Below, piece by piece: positions 50,909 through 60,100 of a stretch of 64,000 bases of DNA. The position numbers and the translations under genes were made by a program. This DNA is from Candidatus Latescibacterota bacterium (lineage in GTDB: Bacteria; Latescibacterota; UBA2968; UBA8231): assembly GCA_965223905.1 (NCBI GenBank), contig CBDCXV010000011.1:640001-704000 (forward strand), given 5' to 3'. Position 1 is the first letter of the stretch; every line of letters starts with the position of its first letter. The notes below the pieces were generated by a model. That model was not told where the DNA came from and did no database searches. It worked only from the letters and a program-made list of their open reading frames with translations.

Positions 50909-53900
50909 GTCGCCCTTTCTTGTGTATCGCCCTTCTGCCGCTGCTCTGGGCGAGTTCTGTTGAGGCTGCCGGGTCGCGGAATACTTGGAGATCCCCCACT
51001 ACCCTGGACGTGGTGCTGGTCACTTTTCAAGATGCGACAACTGGAACCGGGGTTTATCACTTGCACGACCGGCCCTACGGCACCAACCCCGGGGAGCCGG
51101 CCGACTCCAGCTACACGTTGCGCGACTTCGAGCGCCTCTTCAGTGGCGGGTACGGCGTCCTGCCGGATTTTGTCGGGACCAATCAGACGGTGGGTGGCGG
51201 CCATGTGCTGCCGGAGGTGTTCGGCAGTGTGCGGGCTTACTTCGACTCCGTATCCAACGGGATGTTCCAGTTGAACGTGCGCATGATCAACCCGACCGAT
51301 GAGGACGGCTATCCCCGCTGGATCGAGCTGCCCGAAACCAAGGCCCACTATGCTGAGATCTCCAGCACTTTAAGTAGACGCCGAACTTTCTTTAATGGAC
51401 TCTACGCCACGGCGATGGACTCGGTGCGCTGTTGGAACCCTACGCCATTTCCAACCGATCCTGACCCGCCAACCTGCGGGAGGAATTCAGCGGTAACCGG
51501 GTACGCCATTACCGACATCGGCCCTGACAACACCGTGGCTCAGCGGCGGCGCCACAAGGTGGTCTACCTGTATTCCGGTGCCACCTTCAAGGGAAGATCT
51601 CCTGCCGGCCTGCTGCATCCGCAAGCGGATTGGCACACAAGGACCACCCCGGGTATGGCCGACGACGTAGGTTACCGCTACGTGATGGGGGAGCGGGAGG
51701 GCAGCCATCGGAATGACAACCGAACCATTGACGAGTTTGCTCCGATTTTCACCCATGCCCACGAAATCGGCCACCTGTTGGGCCTCTACCACGGCGGGGG
51801 TTTGAAGAACGGACCTAATCCGTACATGCCTGACTCAACCTATATGAATGACGGGGCGGCCAACCTGCTGGACTGGGGTTTGATGCAAGGCGACGGAGCC
51901 GGGCCGGTAGTGGTAAACAGGGGCTATCATTCGGTCTATCGCTCCTGTCCCAATCCGATTAATCCCTTCTATCTGATGGACTTGGAGTGGATCGACCCGA
52001 CCGAGGTCATCGAGATCATTGGGAATCAGGACGACTACGAAATAGCGCCCGGGACGGTGCACCTGATCGACCGGGGCGCTCACGAGTATCTGCTGGAACG
52101 GCGTGCTCACGACGGGATAGACGGGATCTCATTCGGCCGCTACCTCCTTTATCATGAGTACGACGAAGATCCGGGTCTATTTATCTGGCGGCGTGAGACA
52201 TTGCCTAGATCCACGACTGCCCGAGAACGTGCGCAACCGCTGCTGATCGTGGCCGACGGCCGGCGCATCCGGGACGCGCGCGATAACGAGCCGACCCGGG
52301 ATATACATCGATACCAGGATATGCTCTTCGATCCGTTTCCGGTGGTGGGGGACACCACATTTATGATTGGGACCACCACCTTCACCCAGGGGCCGGTCAA
52401 TGAGGTTTATGACAACATGGGTGGCGCCGGTCTGCGCCAGACGACAGCTACCGGGAGGGATGGCGGTGAGCAAACAGATCCCATGGAGGTGGGTTTTGCG
52501 CTCACCAACATCACCCGCATCGATGTACCCGACGGGGCGGATGAGATCACGGTGGACGTCATCTTTCTTCCCAGGGCTCCGGCCAACCTCACCGTGGAAG
52601 CCGGCGATGGCTCCGCCATCCTGACTTGGAACGATCCGGACGACTTCACCCTCGATAGATGGGAGTATCGGCAGGGCGGGAGCGGCTGGGTGGAGGTTCC
52701 CGTCGACGACGACCAATTGATCCGCGTCGAGGCGACGGGGACCCTCTCGTATACGGTGATGGGCCTGACCAACGGGGAGATGTACAGCTTCGAGGTGCGG
52801 GCGCACAACGCCGCGGGGTGGGGGGCGGGCTCGGGACCTTTCGAGGTGACCCTCAACACCGCGCCGGAGGTCATGGGTGAGGCAAGTCCCTCGTTCGATG
52901 AGGACAGCGAGTCGACGGTGGCCACGTACACGGCCACCGACGCGGAAGGGGACGCGATCACGTGGTCGTTGACGGGGGCGGATGCCGCAGCTTTCAGCCC
53001 GCCCTCCGACGCAACGGGCAATTCGTTTGACCTTTCGTTTCGGTCACCGCCGAACTACGAGAATCCGACCGATGCCAACCTGGACACGGTCTACGAGGTC
53101 ACGGTGGTGGCCACCGACGACGGTATGCCGCCGCTGGATGCGAGTTATCCGGTGACGGTGCCCTTGAACAACGTCGACGAAGAGGGCACGGTGACTTTGT
53201 CCACGACTACGCCCCTGGTGGGTCATCCGTTGGGGAGCGCGCTCGGTGAACCGGATGGGGGCGTGACCGATCTCCGGTGGCAGTGGCAGCGCCGGTTGAG
53301 TGGTACGAAGAGGTGGGAAGACGTCTCTTCGAGCCGGGCCCGGTCCGAGGAATTCCATCAAGGGCAGGGGTATACGCCGAAACCGGGGGATGTGGGGTAT
53401 GAACTGCGGGCGACGGTCGGCTATACCGACGTGCATGGCCCGGGCAAGAGGGCGCAGAGCCCCGAGTCCGCCCCGGTGGTGGACGTGCCTTCGGCGCCTC
53501 GGAACCTGGAGGCGGCTGCGGGGAACGCCCGGGTGGATCTGAGGTGGGATCCGCCGCTCACCGACAACGGTTCGGCGCTGAGGGGGTATGGGTATCGCTA
53601 CGGCAGCGGCGGCAGTTGGACCCCGGGGACTCTGGGGCTGACGCCGAGTCACACGATCGATCAGTTGACCAACGGCACGGCCTACACCTTCGAGCTATGG
53701 GCGGTCAACGGGGCGGGGAACAGCGACCCCACCTCGGTGACGTCGACGCCGCTTGGAGTTCCCGACCCGCCGGTATTGAGCGTGGAGGAGGGGGACGGCC
53801 GGGTGCGGCTGCGGTTTGTACTGGGGTCGGACAACGGGTCGGGGATCACGCGCCGGGACACGCGGGTGTATCGCCTGGTCGACGGGGCCAGGCTGTGGCC

Positions 53901-54282
53901 GTTCGGTGAGCTGTGGTTCGAGACGGCCGTCGACCCGAGCTCGTCGGATTACCCGCGTCGGTTCACCTCGGGGTACAGCGAGGGCTGGCAGGGTTTGACC
54001 AACGGGTTGGAGTACACCTTCGAGGTGCGGACGGTCAACGAGGTGGGGACCAGTGCCCTCGCCCGGGTCACGGCCACGCCCCGGGGGTCTCCTCCTCCCC
54101 GGCCGGTGACGGTCACCTACGGGGCGTCGTCCTACGCGGCGCAGGAAGGGGGCGAGGCGGCGACGGTGCGGCTTTCGGCGCCGGCGTCTCAGGCGCTGCG
54201 CATCCCGATTGCGGTCAATCCCCCGTCGGGGGACTACAGCCGTGATCCGGGCAGCGGCCACCCCTTGTCCTTCTCCCGTTGA
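50905..54282 (+). CDS. Cassette gene B4: secreted M6-like metalloprotease with FN3, cadherin-like and Ig-like stalk; ends in a truncated Calx-beta-like domain
   Basis: 1125-aa open frame, signal peptide, HEIGHLLGLYH, three LTNG..Y.FE FN3 motifs, PNYENPTD..D.VYEVTV cadherin-like motif; cut off by an IS5 remnant. Confidence 0.88.
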   Translation: MSRPFLCIALLPLLWASSVEAAGSRNTWRSPTTLDVVLVTFQDATTGTGVYHLHDRPYGTNPGEPADSSYTLRDFERLFSGGYGVLPDFVGTNQTVGGGHVLPEVFGSVRAYFDSVSNGMFQLNVRMINPTDEDGYPRWIELPETKAHYAEISSTLSRRRTFFNGLYATAMDSVRCWNPTPFPTDPDPPTCGRNSAVTGYAITDIGPDNTVAQRRRHKVVYLYSGATFKGRSPAGLLHPQADWHTRTTPGMADDVGYRYVMGEREGSHRNDNRTIDEFAPIFTHAHEIGHLLGLYHGGGLKNGPNPYMPDSTYMNDGAANLLDWGLMQGDGAGPVVVNRGYHSVYRSCPNPINPFYLMDLEWIDPTEVIEIIGNQDDYEIAPGTVHLIDRGAHEYLLERRAHDGIDGISFGRYLLYHEYDEDPGLFIWRRETLPRSTTARERAQPLLIVADGRRIRDARDNEPTRDIHRYQDMLFDPFPVVGDTTFMIGTTTFTQGPVNEVYDNMGGAGLRQTTATGRDGGEQTDPMEVGFALTNITRIDVPDGADEITVDVIFLPRAPANLTVEAGDGSAILTWNDPDDFTLDRWEYRQGGSGWVEVPVDDDQLIRVEATGTLSYTVMGLTNGEMYSFEVRAHNAAGWGAGSGPFEVTLNTAPEVMGEASPSFDEDSESTVATYTATDAEGDAITWSLTGADAAAFSPPSDATGNSFDLSFRSPPNYENPTDANLDTVYEVTVVATDDGMPPLDASYPVTVPLNNVDEEGTVTLSTTTPLVGHPLGSALGEPDGGVTDLRWQWQRRLSGTKRWEDVSSSRARSEEFHQGQGYTPKPGDVGYELRATVGYTDVHGPGKRAQSPESAPVVDVPSAPRNLEAAAGNARVDLRWDPPLTDNGSALRGYGYRYGSGGSWTPGTLGLTPSHTIDQLTNGTAYTFELWAVNGAGNSDPTSVTSTPLGVPDPPVLSVEEGDGRVRLRFVLGSDNGSGITRRDTRVYRLVDGARLWPFGELWFETAVDPSSSDYPRRFTSGYSEGWQGLTNGLEYTFEVRTVNEVGTSALARVTATPRGSPPPRPVTVTYGASSYAAQEGGEAATVRLSAPASQALRIPIAVNPPSGDYSRDPGSGHPLSFSR

Positions 54283-54420
54283 CGATCCCGGTTCTTTGGT
54301 CGAAGGAGAGGCCTGAACCATCGTCGCGTCCATGATAGTACCCTCCCTGACCAGCAAACCCCGGTACGAGGGTCGGGACTCCCGGTGCATCCAGGGGGAT
54401 CGAGCTGGTGATCTGCTATG
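54273..54420 (-). mobile_element. Degraded IS5-family transposase remnant
   Basis: GLLVREGTIMDATMVQASPSTK, then (frameshifted) NRDRQR, matching the IS5 GTIVDAT..PSSTKN..RD motif. Confidence 0.7.
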
Positions 54421-54429
54421 TGTGAGGTG

Positions 54430-54678
54430 TGTCGCAAAATGCGACTCGCGTTCCAAATTGCAACACATTCCCCGTCCTGCTTCTTATTCTTTTCTATAAC
54501 TTATTGATAAACAAACAGTTGCAGTTTCTTCTGCCACAGGGCATTCGGTCTTCGGAGCGATGTACGTGTCGCATTCTGCAACGCTTCCCCAAATCTTGCA
54601 AGGAGACTCACATACGATATAACTCTTGCATTTGCAATAAGTTAGTCCGCTTTCTAACAGATTGGCACAGGATTTGCA
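54430..54678 (+). promoter_or_regulatory. Sigma54 promoter module copy 1 (UAS palindromes, IHF site, -24/-12)
   Basis: TGGCACAGGATTTGCA 54663-54678; IHF consensus TATCAATAAGTTA (rc) 54497-54509; GTCGCA-N3-TGCGAC-type palindromes at ~54430, ~54450, ~54567. Confidence 0.85.
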
Positions 54679-54741
54679 GACAAGTCTTGATATGCAAGAC
54701 TCTTCCCGTCGCTGCTGAACGATTGAGGAGAGGAAAACACC

Positions 54742-54890
54742 ATGGAAACGAAAAGATGATGGAAACGAAAAAGATGATCAGCCTGACCCTGGCCGAGCTG
54801 CTCGCAGTGAGCTGGGCCTGGGGGGCCGTAGCTGCCGACTGTGAGGCCGCGGACTACCTGCCGCCGGCCGTGGGCAACTCGTGTATTTAC
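54742..54890 (+). pseudogene. Cassette gene A5 N-terminal remnant
   Basis: METKKMISLTLA..ADYLPPAVGNSCIY; duplicated start segment; homology to A genes lost after ~54890. Confidence 0.75.
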
Positions 54891-55203
54891 AAAGATTCTG
54901 CCCATTCGGCCATTGGGGATACCAAGGCTGCCCAGGCGGGGCTGATTCTGGAGACGTACGCGGATTCAGCCGGTGACCTCGCCGAGGCGCCGCCGGCAGG
55001 GGTGATCCTGAAAGGCGGTCAGATCGACAGCAGCACGGTGGAGGTGGGCGCCTTTGATGACTCCCTCCTGAATGAAGGAGGAAAAATGAGGCTCCTCCGG
55101 AGAATCTGTGGGTTGAGGAGGGGAGGCCTTGACGATGGGGATAGAGGGTCGAGACGGCCTGCGCGTCGAGGGGATCGATGCGGGATCCCCAATGCGTGAG
55201 GAC

Positions 55204-55452
55204 TGTCGCAAAATGGGACATTCGTTGAAAAATGCGACACATTCCCCGTCCCGTCTCCGAATATTTCCTATAACTTGTTCAAAAACTTACAGTTGAAGTC
55301 TCCCCGCAACAGGGCATTCGGTCGTCGGGCGCGATGGGCGTGTCGCATTTTGAAACACTTCCCGAAATTTTGCCAGGAAACCCACATACGATATAACTCC
55401 CGCATATACCGTATGTTAGTCTGTTTTCAAAAAAATTGGCACAGAATTTGCA
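55204..55452 (+). promoter_or_regulatory. Sigma54 promoter module copy 2
   Basis: TGGCACAGAATTTGCA 55437-55452; TGTCGCAAAATGGGACA, GTTGAAAAATGCGAC and TGTCGCATTTTGAAACA palindromes; colinear with copy 1. Confidence 0.8.
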
Positions 55453-55678
55453 AACCGGATCTTAACAAGCAGGGAGGGTACAGCGCGCCCGAACCCGGTG
55501 ATCTACGGATAGGAGAGGTAGGCGCCCAATAGCAGAGATAAAGGGGGCAAGGGGGGATATTTTTGCTCCCAAACAAATTTAGGTATTGGTATTGACAAGG
55601 GCATATTGGCGGGGTTTCTTGTACGGGCCAAGCGAAACCCTTCGCAGTTAGGCGCAATTAAACTTAGGGCGCGGTGTG

Positions 55679-55733
55679 TAGCGAATGATGGAGTGGGTTT
55701 TGGCAGCGGCGAAGGCGTCCTGTGCTCGTGCAC
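55679..55733 (-). mobile_element. Short IS66 transposase 3'-end remnant
   Basis: AGCGAATGATGGAGTGGGTTTTGGCAGCGGCGAAGGCG aligns to outer IS66 37191-37245. Confidence 0.5.
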
Positions 55734-56129
55734 TTCCCCGCGCTCATGCAAAAGGGCCCGAATCACGTAAGCGGTGGCGGTGTCTGGACGCTTGTTTTGG
55801 CAACCAGAGGGTCATCTTGTGTGCGATGATATCAGTAGAGTAGTCCATAACTTGGGACGTGAAATTCAGATGCTTGCCCCGGTACCCATAGGAGGCTATT
55901 CGATGAAATGTCGTGGGATGAGATTGCCAATGTTCATGCTCGTTTTTTGGTTGGCTATTCAGCCGCTGTGGCCGTCCATGAAATCGATGAGCCCGATTCT
56001 CTCCGGTTATTTACTTTGGCGAAGGAGATAATGATGGGAATATTCACATGGGTAGAAATTTTGAGAATACAGCCTACGTACATATGAAATAATAAGCCAA
56101 TGGCGTATTTGCGTGAAAGGAGAAGCATC

Positions 56130-57086
56130 ATGGTGAAACGAATGATGGCTTTTGCACTTCTGAACTGGATTGTTGCTGTTCTGCTGCTGGTCGGCCTGCC
56201 TTCCTGGGGACATGAACCCGACGGGGTGGTCTACGAGGCGTTCGAGTGGCCTCCCGGCATGGAGCCTGTGATTGACGGCGTCGAGGAGCAGTGGTGGCTT
56301 TCTGAGTACGTCATTCCAATCTCGCGGAGCCGAAACGAGGAGGGTGAATTTGCCGACACCACAAACAGCACGGTGTACTCCGAGATTCTGGTGAGCTGGA
56401 GCGACGCCACCAACCGGCTCTACATCATGGAATGGCGATTCGACGATTCATGGACCGAGGGGGATCTATTTCTCCTGAAGCTGGATGGAGATCATGGCGG
56501 CGAGCAAATCTGGTACAGTCCGAAAGAATACGGAGACGCCCGTAGCGATGGATGGAGCAATCGCTACGGCCAGATGTACGCGGTGGAAGTTCCCGAATAC
56601 GGCGAGAGGAACCTGTCCCACTTCACCCCGGCCACCTGGCACATCGAGCACATTGACATCGCGTATTCGTATCCCCGCATAGGGGCGACCATTGGATGGC
56701 CATCCCATTTCGATTTCACTTCGCCGCTGTACATCGAGTCAAGTTGGGTCCTGTGGGATGTTTTCAGATGGAATAACCCGGAAGAGTCCGTCGTCACGGA
56801 CCTGGAAGAGGGCAAGATCATCGGCCTCGGATGGCACCATGTCGACGTGGACGAGAACGATCCCAACATATCCACTGTATGGAGAAGCAGTGGGTGGAAT
56901 GCGGAGATCGATTCGTGGGAATACTTCATAACCGGCGCGACCCTTTCTGATTTTCTGCTTGTGCGAGAAGACATTTTCTATGGCCATACGTTCTGCTTCC
57001 AAGATTGCCCTGACGATGGGTATGAACCCTCCGTTGTAGCTAAGCGATCCTTGGGCGCTATCAAACATTCGTTCCCGGTTCCATAA
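56130..57086 (+). CDS. Secreted protein, CBM9/DOMON-like, with KRSLGAIK tail
   Basis: Signal peptide, PVIDG..EQW, LEEGKIIGLG..VDVD; start context AAGCATCATG shared with A1-A3. Confidence 0.6.
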   Translation: MVKRMMAFALLNWIVAVLLLVGLPSWGHEPDGVVYEAFEWPPGMEPVIDGVEEQWWLSEYVIPISRSRNEEGEFADTTNSTVYSEILVSWSDATNRLYIMEWRFDDSWTEGDLFLLKLDGDHGGEQIWYSPKEYGDARSDGWSNRYGQMYAVEVPEYGERNLSHFTPATWHIEHIDIAYSYPRIGATIGWPSHFDFTSPLYIESSWVLWDVFRWNNPEESVVTDLEEGKIIGLGWHHVDVDENDPNISTVWRSSGWNAEIDSWEYFITGATLSDFLLVREDIFYGHTFCFQDCPDDGYEPSVVAKRSLGAIKHSFPVP

Positions 57087-57120
57087 TCCGTTTAATTCCC
57101 TCTTAAAAGAAAGAAAGAAC

Positions 57121-60100
57121 ATGATTGCCGTTTGGATGTTGCTCGCTGTTGTCGGCTCCACCTCCGTCGTCTGGAGCCAGGACTTTGTGTGTGGTTGGGA
57201 AGGCGATCCCGTCCCCGTCGAGGGCACACGGGGTGGCTCCACGGCTCCCTACGATCCCACCAAGTTCCAGCGCAACACGCAGGAAGTGCTGATTCTGCTG
57301 GGAAAATTTCAGGGGGAAAACGACCGGGCAGTGGTCAATCTGAGCGACCGGTACGGCGCCGACAATCAGAGCTTCACCTCCTTGCTCACCAGGGATCACA
57401 ACGGCAGTCTGACCGACTACTTCCTGGAGATGTCCCTGGACGCTCTGACGCTGACTCCATCGGAGCCGATCAGCACGAAATTCTACGAATCGGACGACGA
57501 TAGTATCGACGATTATGTCGGCTCCGATTGCGAGGACGGCTGGGGACCGGGCGTCGAGAGATTCGTGCGGGAGGTAATACAGGAGGCCGAGGGGGATTTC
57601 GATTTCACCCTAGCCGATGTAGTAGGGGTGGTCACGCCTCCCCAGTTCGGATGGGAATGCGGCCGCAACGGCACCATTTTCAAGAACCTCGCCCTAGAGG
57701 ACGAAGACGGAAACGCCTTTACCGTCGACGGCCTCTCTTCAATCGAAGCGGTGATGACCGCGGACTACCGGACCAGCATGGCATTCATGGTCTCGGTATT
57801 CGCGCACGAGTACGGCCACATCATGGGACTGCCGGAGCTGTACGACCGAGACCGGATTACTCAGCCCGAGGACGGGGACGACCCCATACCCCATGATGAT
57901 GTGAACAGTCTGGAGTCGGCCGGGATCGGCCTCTGGGGCATCATGGGGCAGGGAGGATTGGGATGGAACTTAACCATTAATTCCGGGCCCAATATCATGA
58001 GCGCCTGGTCACGTGCCCAGGTAGGCTGGTCCGTTCCGCAGGTGGTCAACGACGACCGGCTGAACATCCAGCTGGCCGACATCCACCTGCATCGGAACAA
58101 CATGTACAAGGTGCCCATCGCCGAGAACGAGTACTTCCTGATTGCCAACCGGCAGAACCGGCACAGTTCCACCCCGATGCTGGGAAGTTACTACGAAGAC
58201 CTGGCTCCGGGGGAAGGCGGCCTGGCTATATGGCACGTCGACGACAACATTACGGCCTACCCCGACGCCGTGAGACATGAGAAGCACAAGCGGGTCGACC
58301 TGGAATGCGCCGACGGGTTGTATAGCGACCGGGGACATCCGTCTTCGATGCCCGATCCGGTTTCGGGAGGCGACAACCTCGACTTCGACGCCTGCGGTGT
58401 GAGAGACGCCCAGAACAATTGCGATACTGCCCTGGATCAGTATAACGGCAACAACGGCGACGGCATCGACCTGTGGGACGGCCGCGCTCCCCGGGTTCGT
58501 TTCGCTCCTGACACCAACCCCACGACTCATGCGTATGAGAGAAGAAGTTGGGACGGCGCCGCATCCAGTATGCTACACAATCAGAACGTGTTCAGCGGAG
58601 TGCACATCGAAAACATTCGAAAGCTGACGGCCACGCCGGGACGATGTCCTTCGATGTCCGGTTCGCACCGCTCCCGCCGAAGTCTCTGGACAAGGCGGTC
58701 GGTGAGGGTCTCGTCGCTCTGACCTGGGAACCGCCGGACTCGAATCCCGCGATCACCCCGGACCCGGCTCCGGTTGCCTCGTACAAGGTGCGCTACCGGC
58801 CCAGCTCGTCCACGTCCGTTACGGACTGGAACGAGGTGTCGCTGAGCCCCAGCTCCGCTTGTTCAAACTCTATGTGCTCCCACACGGTGACCGGTCTGAC
58901 CAACAATACCGAGTACACGTTCGAGGTGTTCGCCGTATCGGAGGGGCTCTCCGGCGCCACTGGAAAGAACGGCGCGGTCGTGCGCATCAACGGCACGCCG
59001 GAGATCAGCATTTCCGGGAAGGCGGTGGCGAAGTTTCCCGAGGTGATCCGGCCCCAGAGCGAGTGGCCGACATTCGTGGCCCGGTACGAGAAGAGCGGCT
59101 CGTACACCTGGTCCCTGAGCGGAGACGACCACACCCATTTCCGGCTTGAGCCCGAGAACGATACCACCGCAGGGTACCGGGAGCTGCACTTCGTGAAAAC
59201 GTCCGCGCCGAACTTCGAGCAGCCCGGCGACAAGAACACCGACCGGTTGTACCTGGTGACCCTCCACGCCATTCCCGACGGAACCGGGCCGCGCTCTCAA
59301 AATCGCTACATGAAGCCAGTCGTGGTCGAGATCGAGAACGCGGACGATCCCGGCGTCGTCACCCTGTCGAACACGGACCTGCATGCCGGAGACAGGGTGA
59401 CCGCCTCGCTGGCAGACGTAGACCGCGTCAAGGAGGAGACGGTGACCTGGCAGTGGTTCCAGGTAACCTACGTGAACGAGGGGTACAACATGCTTGACCC
59501 TATCCCAGGGGCTACCTCGGCCACGTACACGACGGACGGCGGCGACGTCGGGTTCAAGCTCAGCGCCAAGGCCAACTACATGGACGAGCACATCAAACCA
59601 GACAAGCCGGAGGAAATACACGACGCATACGGCCAAACGGACCTCGTCCGGGGCCCTGTCATTCAGAAGGCGACGGTCCCATTCGCCGAAGGGGGCTCGG
59701 GCACGGTTCATGAATGCGTGGTCCACGACGCGGACGGCAACGTGACGCAGGCGTCCTGGTCTCTGGACCCGGAGCGAAACTTGGATGAAGCCGCCTTTTC
59801 CATCGCAACCACCGGCGAGCTTGCCTTCGTGAGCCCGCCCGACTACGAAAATCCGACTGCGGTCAATCCGTCCGAGGACACGCTTCCCTATCGAAACATG
59901 TACGCCGTGAAGGTGTGGGCCGATGTGAACGGCATCCGGGTCAGCGGAACCATCAACGTGAACGTGACCGACATGGACGAGGACGGAGTGGTCACGATCT
60001 CTCCTGATCCTCCAATCGCAGGACAGCAGTTGAGGGCTACGTTGGTCGATGACGACGGCATCACAGTCGAGCCTTACTGGACCTGGGATCGACAATTTTC

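Noticed and set aside
54429-55199. 256-aa ORF
   Set aside because: Chimeric reading across the sigma54 promoter, the A5 remnant and degraded sequence
55460-56100. Possible structured ncRNA or riboswitch in the long leader
   Set aside because: No recognisable consensus; part of it is an IS66 remnant
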